DNA of 64,000 nt from Limnohabitans sp. (GTDB taxonomy: Bacteria > Pseudomonadota > Gammaproteobacteria > Burkholderiales > Burkholderiaceae_C). The stretch lies in assembly GCA_036834025.1 (NCBI GenBank), contig DAITOS010000001.1, forward strand, positions 80,666 through 144,665. Reading direction: 5' to 3'. Position 1 is the first letter of the stretch, and each line of letters opens with the position of its first letter. The position numbers were made by a program, and so were the translations under genes. Below, piece after piece: positions 1 to 9,189 of the stretch. The notes beneath the pieces are model-generated. The model was not told the origin of the DNA, made no database searches, and worked only from the letters and a program-made list of their open reading frames with translations.

Positions 1-189
1 GATCACGCTATCACCGTCCACCAACACCGGCACTTGAGAGCGTGGATTGATTTGAACAAATGGTTGCTCATATTGCTCACCCTTATGAAGCTTAACCATT
101 TGAGGCTCAAACTCTACTTGAGCAATCTCTAACAATGAGTGGGGTACGAATGAACAAGCTCCTGGACCAAAATAAAGTTTAAGCGGCAT
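1..189 (-). CDS. glutathione S-transferase, N-terminal part (gene runs off the left edge)
   Basis: Not in the ORF track. Reverse translation from the ATG at 189-187 gives MPLKLYFGPGACSFVPHSLLEIAQVEFEPQMVKLHKGEQYEQPFVQINPRSQVPVLVDGDSVI. This resembles the thioredoxin-fold N-terminus of GstA-type GSTs (E. coli GstA begins MKLFYKPGACSLASH...). Confidence 0.6.
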   Translation of the reverse strand, partial: MPLKLYFGPGACSFVPHSLLEIAQVEFEPQMVKLHKGEQYEQPFVQINPRSQVPVLVDGDSVI

Positions 190-259
190 CATAATTTTCT
201 GGATTTACTGGCTAGTGGTTTTTAAAAATAACTTTGTTTGAAGAAGTCTCAGCAGGGGC

Positions 260-484
260 TTATCGCTTTTCGAGCACATTTGGATTAACCGTTTTTAGCA
301 GTGTAGCCGCATCTGGATTAATCTCTTCAAGAACCCTAATGGGTTGCTCTGTTTTTGTTTGATTGAAAAAGTCTCTAAAAAAAATTTGAGATGCCGGCGT
401 TGAAGCGATATAAATCAAAATGTTGATAGATATCCAAAACAACAAAAATGGATATTTCATTAATCTTCTCACGCTATTCTCCAA
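260..484 (-). CDS. hypothetical small membrane protein
   Basis: 74-aa ORF lying co-directionally between birA and the GST gene. It has one hydrophobic segment (YPFLLFWISINILIYIAS). An internal Met at 460 is an alternative start. No family recognised. Confidence 0.3.
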   Translation of the reverse strand: MENSVRRLMKYPFLLFWISINILIYIASTPASQIFFRDFFNQTKTEQPIRVLEEINPDAATLLKTVNPNVLEKR

Positions 485-503
485 GATTCACTGATAAATA
501 ACT

Positions 504-1316
504 CTAAGCTCTTTGATCCATAAAGCTCAATAAACTCACCTCATCGCTGGAAATGGTAACCAAGCCCTCTTCTGTTTGGATCAACAATTCACCCAATGCG
601 TTAACACCCCTAGCCCGTCCCTGAACTCCATTGGTCATTGAAACAGCTTCACCATTAAGGACATCAAGTTCATTGAATTCTGTAACAAAGCCGGTAAATC
701 CTTGGCTACAAAATTTATTTACATATTTAACCACCTCTGGCACAACCTTGAGAAGTGCCGTTTGCGGGGTCAGCGCTGGGTCTAAATCCTCTAACCCAAT
801 TGCAGGCATATTTAAGCTTACATCTTTAGGGGCAATAATGTTGATGCCAATACCAATCACACAGTATCTTCCCTGGTTTTGTTTGTTTGCACGATTAGGA
901 GATCCAATGACATTGGACTCAATCAATATACCGCCTAATTTACGGGCGCCAGTAGCAGGGCCAATCCAAAGATCGTTTGGCCATTTAAGTCCGATTGACA
1001 TTTTTCTTAAGGGATCTAACCCCCTCAAAATTCCCAAGCCAACAACCAACGACAAACCGGACCACATCATAGGATTCAGATTTAAGCCCAAGGAAAACGT
1101 AAGAGATTGACCAGGAACTGAATGCCAAACCTTGCCCCTTCGACCCTTGCCAGCTGTCTGTTCGTTGGCCAATAATAGGATGGGGTCTGTGTTTCCCTTC
1201 CTTGCCCTTCGCATCAATTCGTCATTAGTTGAGTCAACCTGAGCAAGAACCTCCACGCTAAAACCTGGGAGATCGGGCTCGACCTCCAACCACAAATCCT
1301 CAACAGGCCAGTTCAA
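504..1316 (-). CDS. birA: biotin--[acetyl-CoA-carboxylase] ligase, ligase-only form without N-terminal HTH
   Basis: 270-aa ORF with the biotinyl-AMP loop QTAGKGRRGKVW and KWPNDL. It starts directly in the catalytic domain, so it has no repressor domain. Confidence 0.9.
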   Translation of the reverse strand: MNWPVEDLWLEVEPDLPGFSVEVLAQVDSTNDELMRRARKGNTDPILLLANEQTAGKGRRGKVWHSVPGQSLTFSLGLNLNPMMWSGLSLVVGLGILRGLDPLRKMSIGLKWPNDLWIGPATGARKLGGILIESNVIGSPNRANKQNQGRYCVIGIGINIIAPKDVSLNMPAIGLEDLDPALTPQTALLKVVPEVVKYVNKFCSQGFTGFVTEFNELDVLNGEAVSMTNGVQGRARGVNALGELLIQTEEGLVTISSDEVSLLSFMDQRA

Positions 1317-1322
1317 TCTGAC

Positions 1323-1799
1323 TCACCTTTTAGTTTTAGGTGCCAAAAGTGTGCCTCTGCAAGTCTTAGCACCACACCAACAAGGAAATTCAGACTTAAG
1401 TTTTTTTGTATAAGGCTCATCTATTGTTAAACCGTAGTCATATGTCAACTCATCTCCAGATTTAATTTTCTTTAATGCCTTAATGTAAACCTCTTCGCCA
1501 ATTTCATCTGCCTCGCAATTTGGATTGCATGAGTGATTTATCCAACGAGAAGCATTACCACCCACCCCGCCATCAATGACATGTTTATCATTGATGTGGA
1601 AATAAAAGGTGTGATTTGGCTCTTTTGGATTGTGAGGATGTCTTTTCTCGGCCGCTTTCCAGGTAATAATCTCACCCACATACTGAATGATCAATTCACC
1701 CTTTGGGATATCTTGAAGTGCGAAAACACCTTTGCCATGAACGCCTGAACGCCTGACTTGAATTCGTCGACCCAATAATTTTTCAGTCGCTTTTTTCAT
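1323..1799 (-). CDS. SET-domain protein-lysine methyltransferase
   Basis: 158-aa ORF with SET signatures RWINHSCNPNC and ELTYDY plus a Cys-rich post-SET CWCGAKTCRG. Its stop is 6 nt upstream of the birA start, so co-transcription is likely. Confidence 0.85.
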   Translation of the reverse strand: MKKATEKLLGRRIQVRRSGVHGKGVFALQDIPKGELIIQYVGEIITWKAAEKRHPHNPKEPNHTFYFHINDKHVIDGGVGGNASRWINHSCNPNCEADEIGEEVYIKALKKIKSGDELTYDYGLTIDEPYTKKLKSEFPCWCGAKTCRGTLLAPKTKR

Positions 1800-1938
1800 T
1801 ACATTAAAAAGTAGTTAAGATTAGCCCTGCACAAAATTCGCAATAACAAGTAATAATCTCGGATTGTAGGTTCAACAAAGTACATGCAATCTTGAAAAAT
1901 AAACTAAATGAGAATTTCAATTTGAGGAACGCATTCTA

Positions 1939-4845
1939 ATGAGTAAGACTTTGGTTATTGCCGAAAAGCCATCCGTAGCTCAAGACATTGTTAAAGCACT
2001 AACGCCGCTTGCGGGTAAGTTTGAGAAGCATGATGATCACTTTGAAAACGACCAGTACTTGATCACCAGTGCGGTGGGTCATTTGCTTGAAATTCAAGCT
2101 CCAGAGGAGTTTGACGTCAAACGAGGCAAATGGAGTTTCGCAAATTTGCCAGTGATCCCACCCTATTTTGAACTAAAACCTGTTGAAAGAACCAAGCCGC
2201 GTTTAAACGCTGTGGTAAAGCTTGCGAAAAGAAAAGACGTAACAGATTTGGTAAATGCATGTGATGCGGGACGAGAGGGTGAGTTGATCTTTCGTTTGAT
2301 CGAGCAATTTGCTGGGGGTAAGAAGCCACTAGAAAAGCCAGTGAAGCGGCTTTGGCTTCAAAGCATGACGCCCCAGGCGATAAGAGACGGATTTGAAAAA
2401 CTTCGAACGAATAAACAAATGCAAGGGCTCGCTGATGCTGCTCGCTGTCGCTCTGAAGCCGATTGGTTGGTTGGTATCAACGGTACTCGAGCCTTTACGG
2501 CTTTTAATTCTAGAGACGGGGGCTTCTTCCTAACGACGGTTGGACGGGTTCAAACACCAACACTGAGTGTTGTGGTCGAGCGCGAGGAGTTGATTCGAAA
2601 ATTTATTAGCCGTGACTACTGGGAGATACATGCGAGCTTTAAGGCTCAAGCGGGGAGTTATTCGGGCAAGTGGTTTGAGCCTAATCATAAAAAAAATGAT
2701 GATGACTCAGAAAAGAAGGCTGACCGTGTTTGGAGTGAAAAAGAAGCTTTAGAAATAGCCAATCACCTCAAAGGCAAAACCGCTACCGTCACCGAAGAAA
2801 GTTCCCCCTCAAACAAAGGGAGTCCAGGACTTTTTGATCTTACTTCTCTACAAAGAGAGGCAAATAGCAGATTTGGTTTTTCCGCAAAAACCACTCTTGC
2901 GCTTGCACAAAGTTTGTATGAGCGGCATAAAGCATTAACTTATCCAAGAACTGACTCAAGGCATTTGCCTGAGGACTATCTGCCTACAGTTCACTCTACT
3001 TTTGAGATGATTGCGAATAGCTCCATGAAGCACCTAGCTCCATTTGCAAAAATCGCAATTGATAAAAAATATATAAAACCCAGTAAAAAGGTTTTTGATA
3101 ACGCCAAAGTTAGCGATCACTTTGCCATCATTCCTACAGTTGAAGCACCCAGTGGATTATCTGAAGCTGAACAAAAGCTATACGATCTTGTTGTGCGTCG
3201 TTTTCTTGGCGTGTTCTATCCACCTGCAGAGTTTTTAATCACAACCCGCATCAGCAAGGTAGAGCATGCTGGACTTACGCATCATTTCAAAACCGAAGGC
3301 AAGATCTTGGTTAATCCAGGATGGCAAGCAATTTTTGGTAAGGAAGCGCAAGATGAGGACGACAAGGAAGCGGGACTTGTAGTGCTTCAAAGTGGTGAAA
3401 AACCATTGGTAGAAAGTGCTGAACCCAAGGCTCTAAAAACCCGACCCCCGGCTAGATACACCGAAGCCACACTCTTAGGGGCAATGGAGGGCGCGGGCAA
3501 ACTCGTAGAGGATGAGGATCTTCGAGAGGCAATGATGGAGAAGGGTCTTGGAACACCTGCCACTCGTGCCGCGATTATAGAGGGCTTGCTCAATGAAAAA
3601 TACATCATTCGTGATCTCAGAGAGCTTATTCCAACTGCTAAGGCCTTTCAATTGATGACTTTGCTACGAGGGCTTGGAGTTGAAGAATTGTCTCATCCAG
3701 CCTTAACCGGCGAATGGGAGCATAAATTAGCTCTCATCGAGCAAGGTAAACTTTCTCGCGAAAATTTCATGAAAGAAATTGCTGAGATGACCCAGCATAT
3801 GGTCAAAAAAGCAAAAGAATATGACAGAGACACGATACCAGGAGACTATTCAACCCTAAGCACACCCTGCCCAAATTGTGGCGGAGTTGTAAAAGAAAAT
3901 TACCGAAGATACAGCTGCTGCGGAAACACTGGCGATGCCGAGGGTTGCGGTTTTTCTTTTGGAAAAACACCTGGCGGGCGAACATTTGAACAAGACGAGG
4001 TTGAACAATTTATTCTTAACAAGAAAATCGGACCATTAGAGGGTTTTAGATCTAAAGCAGGTTGGCCTTTTACAGCGGAAATTGCACTCAAATTCAATGA
4101 AGAGGAAAAAAACTGGAAATTAGAGTTTGATTTTGGTGAGGATAAGAACGCAGAGACTGGCGAGATTGTTACCTTCGATGCAGCAGCAACTCTTGGCGCA
4201 TGCCCCAAATGTAAGGCCCCTGTATTCGAGAGGGGTAGTAATTATGTTTGTTCAAAAAGCGTCCCCACTCTTGAGCAACCGACTCCAAGCTGCGACTTTA
4301 AAACTGGCAAAATCGTTCTTCAACAGCCCATTGAGATTGAACAGCTCCAAAAGCTTTTGAATACTGGCAAAACAGATCTTCTCGATAAATTTGTTTCAAT
4401 GCGCACAAGGAGGCCTTTTAAGGCCTACCTTAGCTGGGACGAAGAAGCGGGCAAAGTCAACTTTGCATTTGAACCGAGAAATAGTAAATATCCACCACGT
4501 AAAACCGCCCCTGCAAAAACTGCTAAAGGGACCCCAACCAAAAAAGCCACAATGAAAACAGCAAAAACTCCAAAAACCTCAGCCACTCCTCGTAAACAAA
4601 GTACAACGACACCTAGCACAAAACCAAACGAAGCATTGGCTGCAGTCATAGGGCCAGAAGCCGTGGCCAGAACTCAAATCATAAAGAAATTGTGGGATTA
4701 CATCAAAGAACATAATCTTCAAGACCCGACAAACAAGAGAAACATTTTGGCTGACGCCAAACTAAAAATAGTTTTTGGTAAAGATTCTGTGACGATGTTC
4801 GAACTTGCCGGTATTGTGGGTAAAAATTTAGTACCTGTTGCGTAA
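1939..4845 (+). CDS. topB: DNA topoisomerase III with C-terminal zinc ribbons, basic low-complexity tail and SWIB/MDM2 domain
   Basis: 968-aa ORF. Type IA core: TOPRIM LVIAEKPS and DAGREGE, and the active-site Tyr region LTYPRTDSRHL. This is followed by the Cys clusters CPNCGG...CCG...GCGF and CPKCKAP...VCSK...SCDF. Next comes a K/P/T/A-rich tail (nt 4483-4626), then a SWIB-like end, RTQIIKKLWDYIKEHNLQDPTNKRNI (nt 4627-4842). GAGGAA lies 9 nt before the ATG. Confidence 0.9.
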   Translation: MSKTLVIAEKPSVAQDIVKALTPLAGKFEKHDDHFENDQYLITSAVGHLLEIQAPEEFDVKRGKWSFANLPVIPPYFELKPVERTKPRLNAVVKLAKRKDVTDLVNACDAGREGELIFRLIEQFAGGKKPLEKPVKRLWLQSMTPQAIRDGFEKLRTNKQMQGLADAARCRSEADWLVGINGTRAFTAFNSRDGGFFLTTVGRVQTPTLSVVVEREELIRKFISRDYWEIHASFKAQAGSYSGKWFEPNHKKNDDDSEKKADRVWSEKEALEIANHLKGKTATVTEESSPSNKGSPGLFDLTSLQREANSRFGFSAKTTLALAQSLYERHKALTYPRTDSRHLPEDYLPTVHSTFEMIANSSMKHLAPFAKIAIDKKYIKPSKKVFDNAKVSDHFAIIPTVEAPSGLSEAEQKLYDLVVRRFLGVFYPPAEFLITTRISKVEHAGLTHHFKTEGKILVNPGWQAIFGKEAQDEDDKEAGLVVLQSGEKPLVESAEPKALKTRPPARYTEATLLGAMEGAGKLVEDEDLREAMMEKGLGTPATRAAIIEGLLNEKYIIRDLRELIPTAKAFQLMTLLRGLGVEELSHPALTGEWEHKLALIEQGKLSRENFMKEIAEMTQHMVKKAKEYDRDTIPGDYSTLSTPCPNCGGVVKENYRRYSCCGNTGDAEGCGFSFGKTPGGRTFEQDEVEQFILNKKIGPLEGFRSKAGWPFTAEIALKFNEEEKNWKLEFDFGEDKNAETGEIVTFDAAATLGACPKCKAPVFERGSNYVCSKSVPTLEQPTPSCDFKTGKIVLQQPIEIEQLQKLLNTGKTDLLDKFVSMRTRRPFKAYLSWDEEAGKVNFAFEPRNSKYPPRKTAPAKTAKGTPTKKATMKTAKTPKTSATPRKQSTTTPSTKPNEALAAVIGPEAVARTQIIKKLWDYIKEHNLQDPTNKRNILADAKLKIVFGKDSVTMFELAGIVGKNLVPVA

Positions 4846-4903
4846 AATTTCAATATTTTAAGTTTGCCCTTCTGACGCATACAATTGCAGGTTTACTTGA
4901 AGA

Positions 4904-4946
4904 GGTGAATAGGATCCTTGAAATCTTGTTCACCCTTTTGTTTTTT
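4904..4946 (+). terminator. rho-independent terminator after topB
   Basis: GGTGAA (4904-4909) pairs with TTCACC (4929-4934), with an inner GGAT/ATCT helix. The hairpin is followed by CTTTTGTTTTTT. Confidence 0.6.
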
Positions 4947-4981
4947 AAATACGGGCTCATTTGCCCATTTAGGAGTTCGAT

Positions 4982-5317
4982 GTGTTGATTTCTTCCGCTT
5001 ATGCCCAAACTGCACCTGCTGCTACCCCAGCCGGAAATGATTTAAGCTCTTCTTTGATGAGCATGTTGCCACTTTTATTAATGTTTGCAGTGTTGTATTT
5101 TGTGATGATTCGCCCACAAATGAAACGACAAAAAGAGCACAAAACTATGTTGGAATCTCTTGCAAAAGGTGACGAAGTTGCTACATCTGGCGGTCTTTTA
5201 GGTAAAGTAACTTTACTTGGGGAACAACAAATTGGTCTAGAAATTGCCTCTGGAGTTGTGGTTCATTTACAAAGAAGTGCCGTTGTGCAAGTATTGCCCA
5301 AAGGTTCTTTAAAATAA
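4982..5317 (+). CDS. yajC: preprotein translocase subunit YajC
   Basis: 111-aa ORF with a GTG start 6 nt after AGGAG. It has a single TM segment followed by MIRPQMKRQKEHKTMLESLAKGDEVATSGGLLGKV, typical of YajC, and sits upstream of secDF. Confidence 0.85.
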   Translation: MLISSAYAQTAPAATPAGNDLSSSLMSMLPLLLMFAVLYFVMIRPQMKRQKEHKTMLESLAKGDEVATSGGLLGKVTLLGEQQIGLEIASGVVVHLQRSAVVQVLPKGSLK

Positions 5318-5512
5318 CTGTTTTCAATGTCCGATTCAACTCTGGTTTTTGACCCGGACATTGTTTAATGACGCATCTTTTGATCTAATTCAATTGATCA
5401 TGTTGAGCCATCTTTTAAAGTCTAATCAGCTTTAGCTTGTATCCAGGCCTTGCTTTTGCCCAACTACGCTCTAATAATTATTTAAAAGCCACCACTATCA
5501 AAAATTAAAGAT

Positions 5513-7432
5513 ATGAACCGCTATCCCATTTGGAAATACATAGTCATCGTTGTCGCCCTTTTGGTGGGGGCTCTGTATACATTACCTAACTTTTTTGGTG
5601 AGGCCCCAGCGGTTCAAATTTCTGCAGCTAAGAGTATTTTCACAGTAGACGCCTCAGTCCAGTCCAAAGTTAAAGAGGCCCTTGAGAATGCCTCCCTACC
5701 ACCAACAAGCATTAATTTGGATGCAGGTCGCTCATTAAAAGTAGGCTTTGACAGCACAGACTCCCAATTAAAAGCAAAAGAGTTGATACAAAAAACACTA
5801 AATGCTAATGTCGACAACCCTTCTTACATAGTCGCTTTAAACCTGATCCCAAGATCTCCATCTTGGATCTCAAATTTACATGCAGATCCAATGTATTTAG
5901 GTCTTGATTTGAGAGGTGGTGTGCACTTCATGTTGCAAGTCGATATGCAGGCCGCACTGACGAAAAGAGCAGAATCTTTGGCCGGGGATATTCGAGGTCA
6001 ATTGAGAGAGAGAAATATTAGACACAGTGGAATATCCCGAGATGGTCAAGTCATTGAAATTGTATTTAAGGACAAAGCAACCGCGGATGAAGCCTCTCGC
6101 ACTATTAAAGATCAATTTTTAGAATTACAAACCACACAAGAACCATCTAACGGTGAAATCAAACTTCGCGCTACCCTTTTACCGCAAGCTGCGAAGAAAA
6201 TTCAAGAGCAAGCTTTAAAACAAAACATCACAACACTTCACAACAGGATCAATGAGCTTGGTGTATCGGAGCCTGTTATTCAACAACAAGGTCTTGACCG
6301 CATTGTGGTTCAATTACCCGGGGTACAAGATACCGCTAAGGCCAAAGATATTCTTGGAAGAACAGCCACTCTTGAGGTGCGCTTAGTTGATGAGAGCGCA
6401 GAGGCAAGGAGCGCCGAAACAAACAACGGTCTAGTGCCTTTTGGAAGTGAGCGCTTTCCTGACAGAAACGGCTTAGCCGTTGTAGTAAAAAAACAAGTCA
6501 TATTGACCGGTGAAAACCTAACTGATGCGCAACCAGGTTTTGATAACCAAACTCAAGAAGCTGCTGTTCACCTCACGCTAGATGCGAAGGGCGCTAGAGT
6601 CTTTAGAGACATTACCCGTGAAAACGTGGGCAAACGAATGGCAATTTTGTTATTCGAAAAAGGGAAGGGGGAAGTTGTAACCGCCCCAGTTATTCGTACT
6701 GAGATAGGCGGTGGACGAGTTCAAATAACTGGTCATATGAACACAGTTGAAGCCAACGATACCGCTCTATTACTTAGAGCCGGCTCTCTTGCCGCACCCA
6801 TGGAGATTATTGAAGAAAGAACCATTGGACCTAGCCTTGGTGCGGAAAATATTGCAAAAGGCTTTGACAGCGTAACTTGGGGGTTTGTCGCAGTAGCTAC
6901 ATTTATGTGTATTTACTATCTATTATTTGGAATTTTCTCAAGTATTGCCCTTGCCGTTAACTTAATGTTGCTTGTTGCTATTTTGTCTATGTTACAGGCC
7001 ACGTTGACACTTCCAGGTATGGCAGCAATGGCCTTAGTCTTAGGAATGGCAATAGATGCAAACGTTTTAATTAATGAAAGAGTCAGAGAGGAGCTCCGCA
7101 ACGGGGCGGCACCACAAACAGCAATTCTTAATGGATATGAAAGAGCTTGGTCTACGATCTTGGACTCTAACGTTACGACTTTGATTGCGGGTTTATCACT
7201 TCTTGCATTCGGCTCAGGACCTGTTCGCGGCTTTGCCGTAGTACATTGCTTGGGTATATTGACTAGTATGTTCTCAGCTGTCTTTTTCTCTAGAGGCTTA
7301 GTTAACCTTTGGTATGGTCAAAAACAAAGGTTGCAAACCGTTTCAATTGGTACGGTGTGGCGCCCGAGTGGGTCAGATACCAATTCAATCGCATCAAACG
7401 AAAAATCAACCCAGTCAACAAATAAGAATTAA
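5513..7432 (+). CDS. secD: protein translocase subunit SecD
   Basis: 639-aa ORF with an N-terminal TM segment, a large periplasmic domain (LGLDLRGGVHF) and a C-terminal 5-TM bundle. Order is yajC-secD-secF. Confidence 0.93.
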   Translation: MNRYPIWKYIVIVVALLVGALYTLPNFFGEAPAVQISAAKSIFTVDASVQSKVKEALENASLPPTSINLDAGRSLKVGFDSTDSQLKAKELIQKTLNANVDNPSYIVALNLIPRSPSWISNLHADPMYLGLDLRGGVHFMLQVDMQAALTKRAESLAGDIRGQLRERNIRHSGISRDGQVIEIVFKDKATADEASRTIKDQFLELQTTQEPSNGEIKLRATLLPQAAKKIQEQALKQNITTLHNRINELGVSEPVIQQQGLDRIVVQLPGVQDTAKAKDILGRTATLEVRLVDESAEARSAETNNGLVPFGSERFPDRNGLAVVVKKQVILTGENLTDAQPGFDNQTQEAAVHLTLDAKGARVFRDITRENVGKRMAILLFEKGKGEVVTAPVIRTEIGGGRVQITGHMNTVEANDTALLLRAGSLAAPMEIIEERTIGPSLGAENIAKGFDSVTWGFVAVATFMCIYYLLFGIFSSIALAVNLMLLVAILSMLQATLTLPGMAAMALVLGMAIDANVLINERVREELRNGAAPQTAILNGYERAWSTILDSNVTTLIAGLSLLAFGSGPVRGFAVVHCLGILTSMFSAVFFSRGLVNLWYGQKQRLQTVSIGTVWRPSGSDTNSIASNEKSTQSTNKN

Positions 7433-7445
7433 TCGAGAAAGTAAC

Positions 7446-8402
7446 ATGGAATTTTTTAAGATTCGCCGAGATATCCCTTTTATGCGGCATGCGCTTGCAT
7501 TCAACGCAGTTTCATTCATAACTTTTTTAGCCGCTATTTTCTTTCTTTTTAGCAAAGGTTTGCACCTCTCTGTTGAATTTACAGGAGGTACTTTAGTAGA
7601 GGTTAATTTTGCGCAAAGTGTTAATTTAGATGATTTACGAAACAGAATCAATACCCTTGGTTACAACGATTTACAAATTCAAAACTTCGGCTCTACTCGT
7701 GATATTTTGATCCGCATGCCAGTTATTAAAGGTGTGGCGTCTAGTGAGCAAAGCACCAAAGTAATGGAGTTACTTAAAGAAGCTGATCCGAGTGCTGTCC
7801 TGAGGAGAAGTGAGTTCGTAGGGCCACAAGTCGGAGATGAGCTTGCTGTTGACGGCTTAAAAGCGTTAGTTTGCGTTATTGTTGGAATAATGATTTATTT
7901 GGCCATTCGCTTTGAATGGAAATATGCTGTTGCAGGCATTATTGCGAATCTTCATGACGTGATTATTATCTTGGGCTTTTTTGCGGCATTTCAGTGGGAG
8001 TTTTCTTTGCCGGTGTTAGCTGCAGTTCTTGCAGTGCTCGGGTATTCAGTTAATGAGTCAGTAGTTATTTTTGATCGTATTAGAGAAAACTTTAAAAGGC
8101 TGCGAAAACTCCAAACTGTTGCGATTATTGACAACGCTATTACTTCGACTATGAGTAGAACCATCATCACTCACGGATGTACTCAGTTAATGGTTTTATC
8201 AATGTTACTTTTTGGTGGTGAGACGCTTCATTATTTTGCACTAGCTTTAACTATTGGTATATTGTTTGGAATTTATTCTTCTGTCTTCGTTGCTGCGGCC
8301 TTGGCGATGTGGCTTGGCATTAAAAGAGAAGATTTAATTAAAAACAATTCCTCGGGTGGTGATCTGGATCCTAATGACCCTAACTCAGGAGCGGTAGTTT
8401 AA
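7446..8402 (+). CDS. secF: protein translocase subunit SecF
   Basis: The ORF track begins at 7314, inside secD. The ATG at 7446 (MEFFKIRRDIPFMRH..., typical SecF N-terminus) lies 13 nt after the secD stop. Contains FTGGT and a C-terminal TM bundle. Confidence 0.9.
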   Translation: MEFFKIRRDIPFMRHALAFNAVSFITFLAAIFFLFSKGLHLSVEFTGGTLVEVNFAQSVNLDDLRNRINTLGYNDLQIQNFGSTRDILIRMPVIKGVASSEQSTKVMELLKEADPSAVLRRSEFVGPQVGDELAVDGLKALVCVIVGIMIYLAIRFEWKYAVAGIIANLHDVIIILGFFAAFQWEFSLPVLAAVLAVLGYSVNESVVIFDRIRENFKRLRKLQTVAIIDNAITSTMSRTIITHGCTQLMVLSMLLFGGETLHYFALALTIGILFGIYSSVFVAAALAMWLGIKREDLIKNNSSGGDLDPNDPNSGAVV

Positions 8403-8419
8403 TTATCTAATTAAGAATT

Positions 8420-8458
8420 GTGATTGTGGGGGGAGTCAAACTCCTCAAACACAATCAC
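8420..8458. terminator. imperfect long hairpin between convergent secF and smg (possible bidirectional terminator)
   Basis: GTGATTGTG (8420-8428) pairs with CACAATCAC (8450-8458), with an inner GGAGT/ACTCC helix. There is no clean T-tract, so termination is uncertain. Confidence 0.4.
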
Positions 8459-8476
8459 TATACTGTACTAATCAGA

Positions 8477-8992
8477 TTAATGTGAAACTCTATCATCATC
8501 GTCACAAAGCTCATCTAGTATGAGAACGTCTGGTTCTATTCCGAAACTCCAGTAAACCATCAAAATAATAATCTTAAAGTCATCTAGGGTAATCTCCTCA
8601 ACGGGTGACGCCATAGCTCTATCTAATACGATTTCTCGCATTGCACAAGGCATTACGCCCGCATTCTCTAGAAACTTCAAAAATCCAACGCACTCTACGC
8701 CAAGTCGATAGAGTTCATTTTGCGAGTAAACACGAAGACTGTCCGGCGATGGATCGATTGACAGGGGTTGTGGTTGTCTAGAGACTGATGTATCTAAATT
8801 AGATTTGGGAGCAATATCTATAAAGTCAGTGCTTTTTGATGCTGCATCTAGGCCTTCTAGCCAATGCAGTGCTTGCTCAATTTCATCGCCCTCAAATCCG
8901 GCGGCGGTTAATCGTCGCCCCAGAAGAGGGAGCTCTGGACAAGCATCAGCTTCCCAGTAATGTTCATAGACAAAAACAAGAACATCAAACAT
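8477..8992 (-). CDS. smg: Smg (DUF494) protein
   Basis: 171-aa acidic ORF with N-terminus MFDVLVFVYEHYW, typical of Smg. It is divergent from def-fmt, as in many proteobacteria. Confidence 0.8.
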   Translation of the reverse strand: MFDVLVFVYEHYWEADACPELPLLGRRLTAAGFEGDEIEQALHWLEGLDAASKSTDFIDIAPKSNLDTSVSRQPQPLSIDPSPDSLRVYSQNELYRLGVECVGFLKFLENAGVMPCAMREIVLDRAMASPVEEITLDDFKIIILMVYWSFGIEPDVLILDELCDDDDRVSH

Positions 8993-9189
8993 ATGAATCC
9001 ACTATACCTGGATTTTTGCTATTTTTCAATCCAACCTAAAAAAAATTTAAATTAATGCTTTTTTATTTAGTTCATCTGCTCATATTTAATTGTTAAAGAA
9101 TTAATCTGGTTAAGATCATTTCCTCAAAATGAATTGAACTATTCTCAAGCTCATATGACACAATTTGTTAAATAGACGAAAATATACCT

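Noticed and set aside
631-1110. 159-aa plus-strand ORF
   Set aside because: It lies entirely antisense within birA, which has clear ligase motifs. Its composition is low-complexity and Ser/Pro-rich, and there is no RBS. It is a shadow ORF.
7314-7445. 5' extension of the secF ORF
   Set aside because: It overlaps the end of secD. The canonical SecF N-terminus begins at the ATG at 7446.
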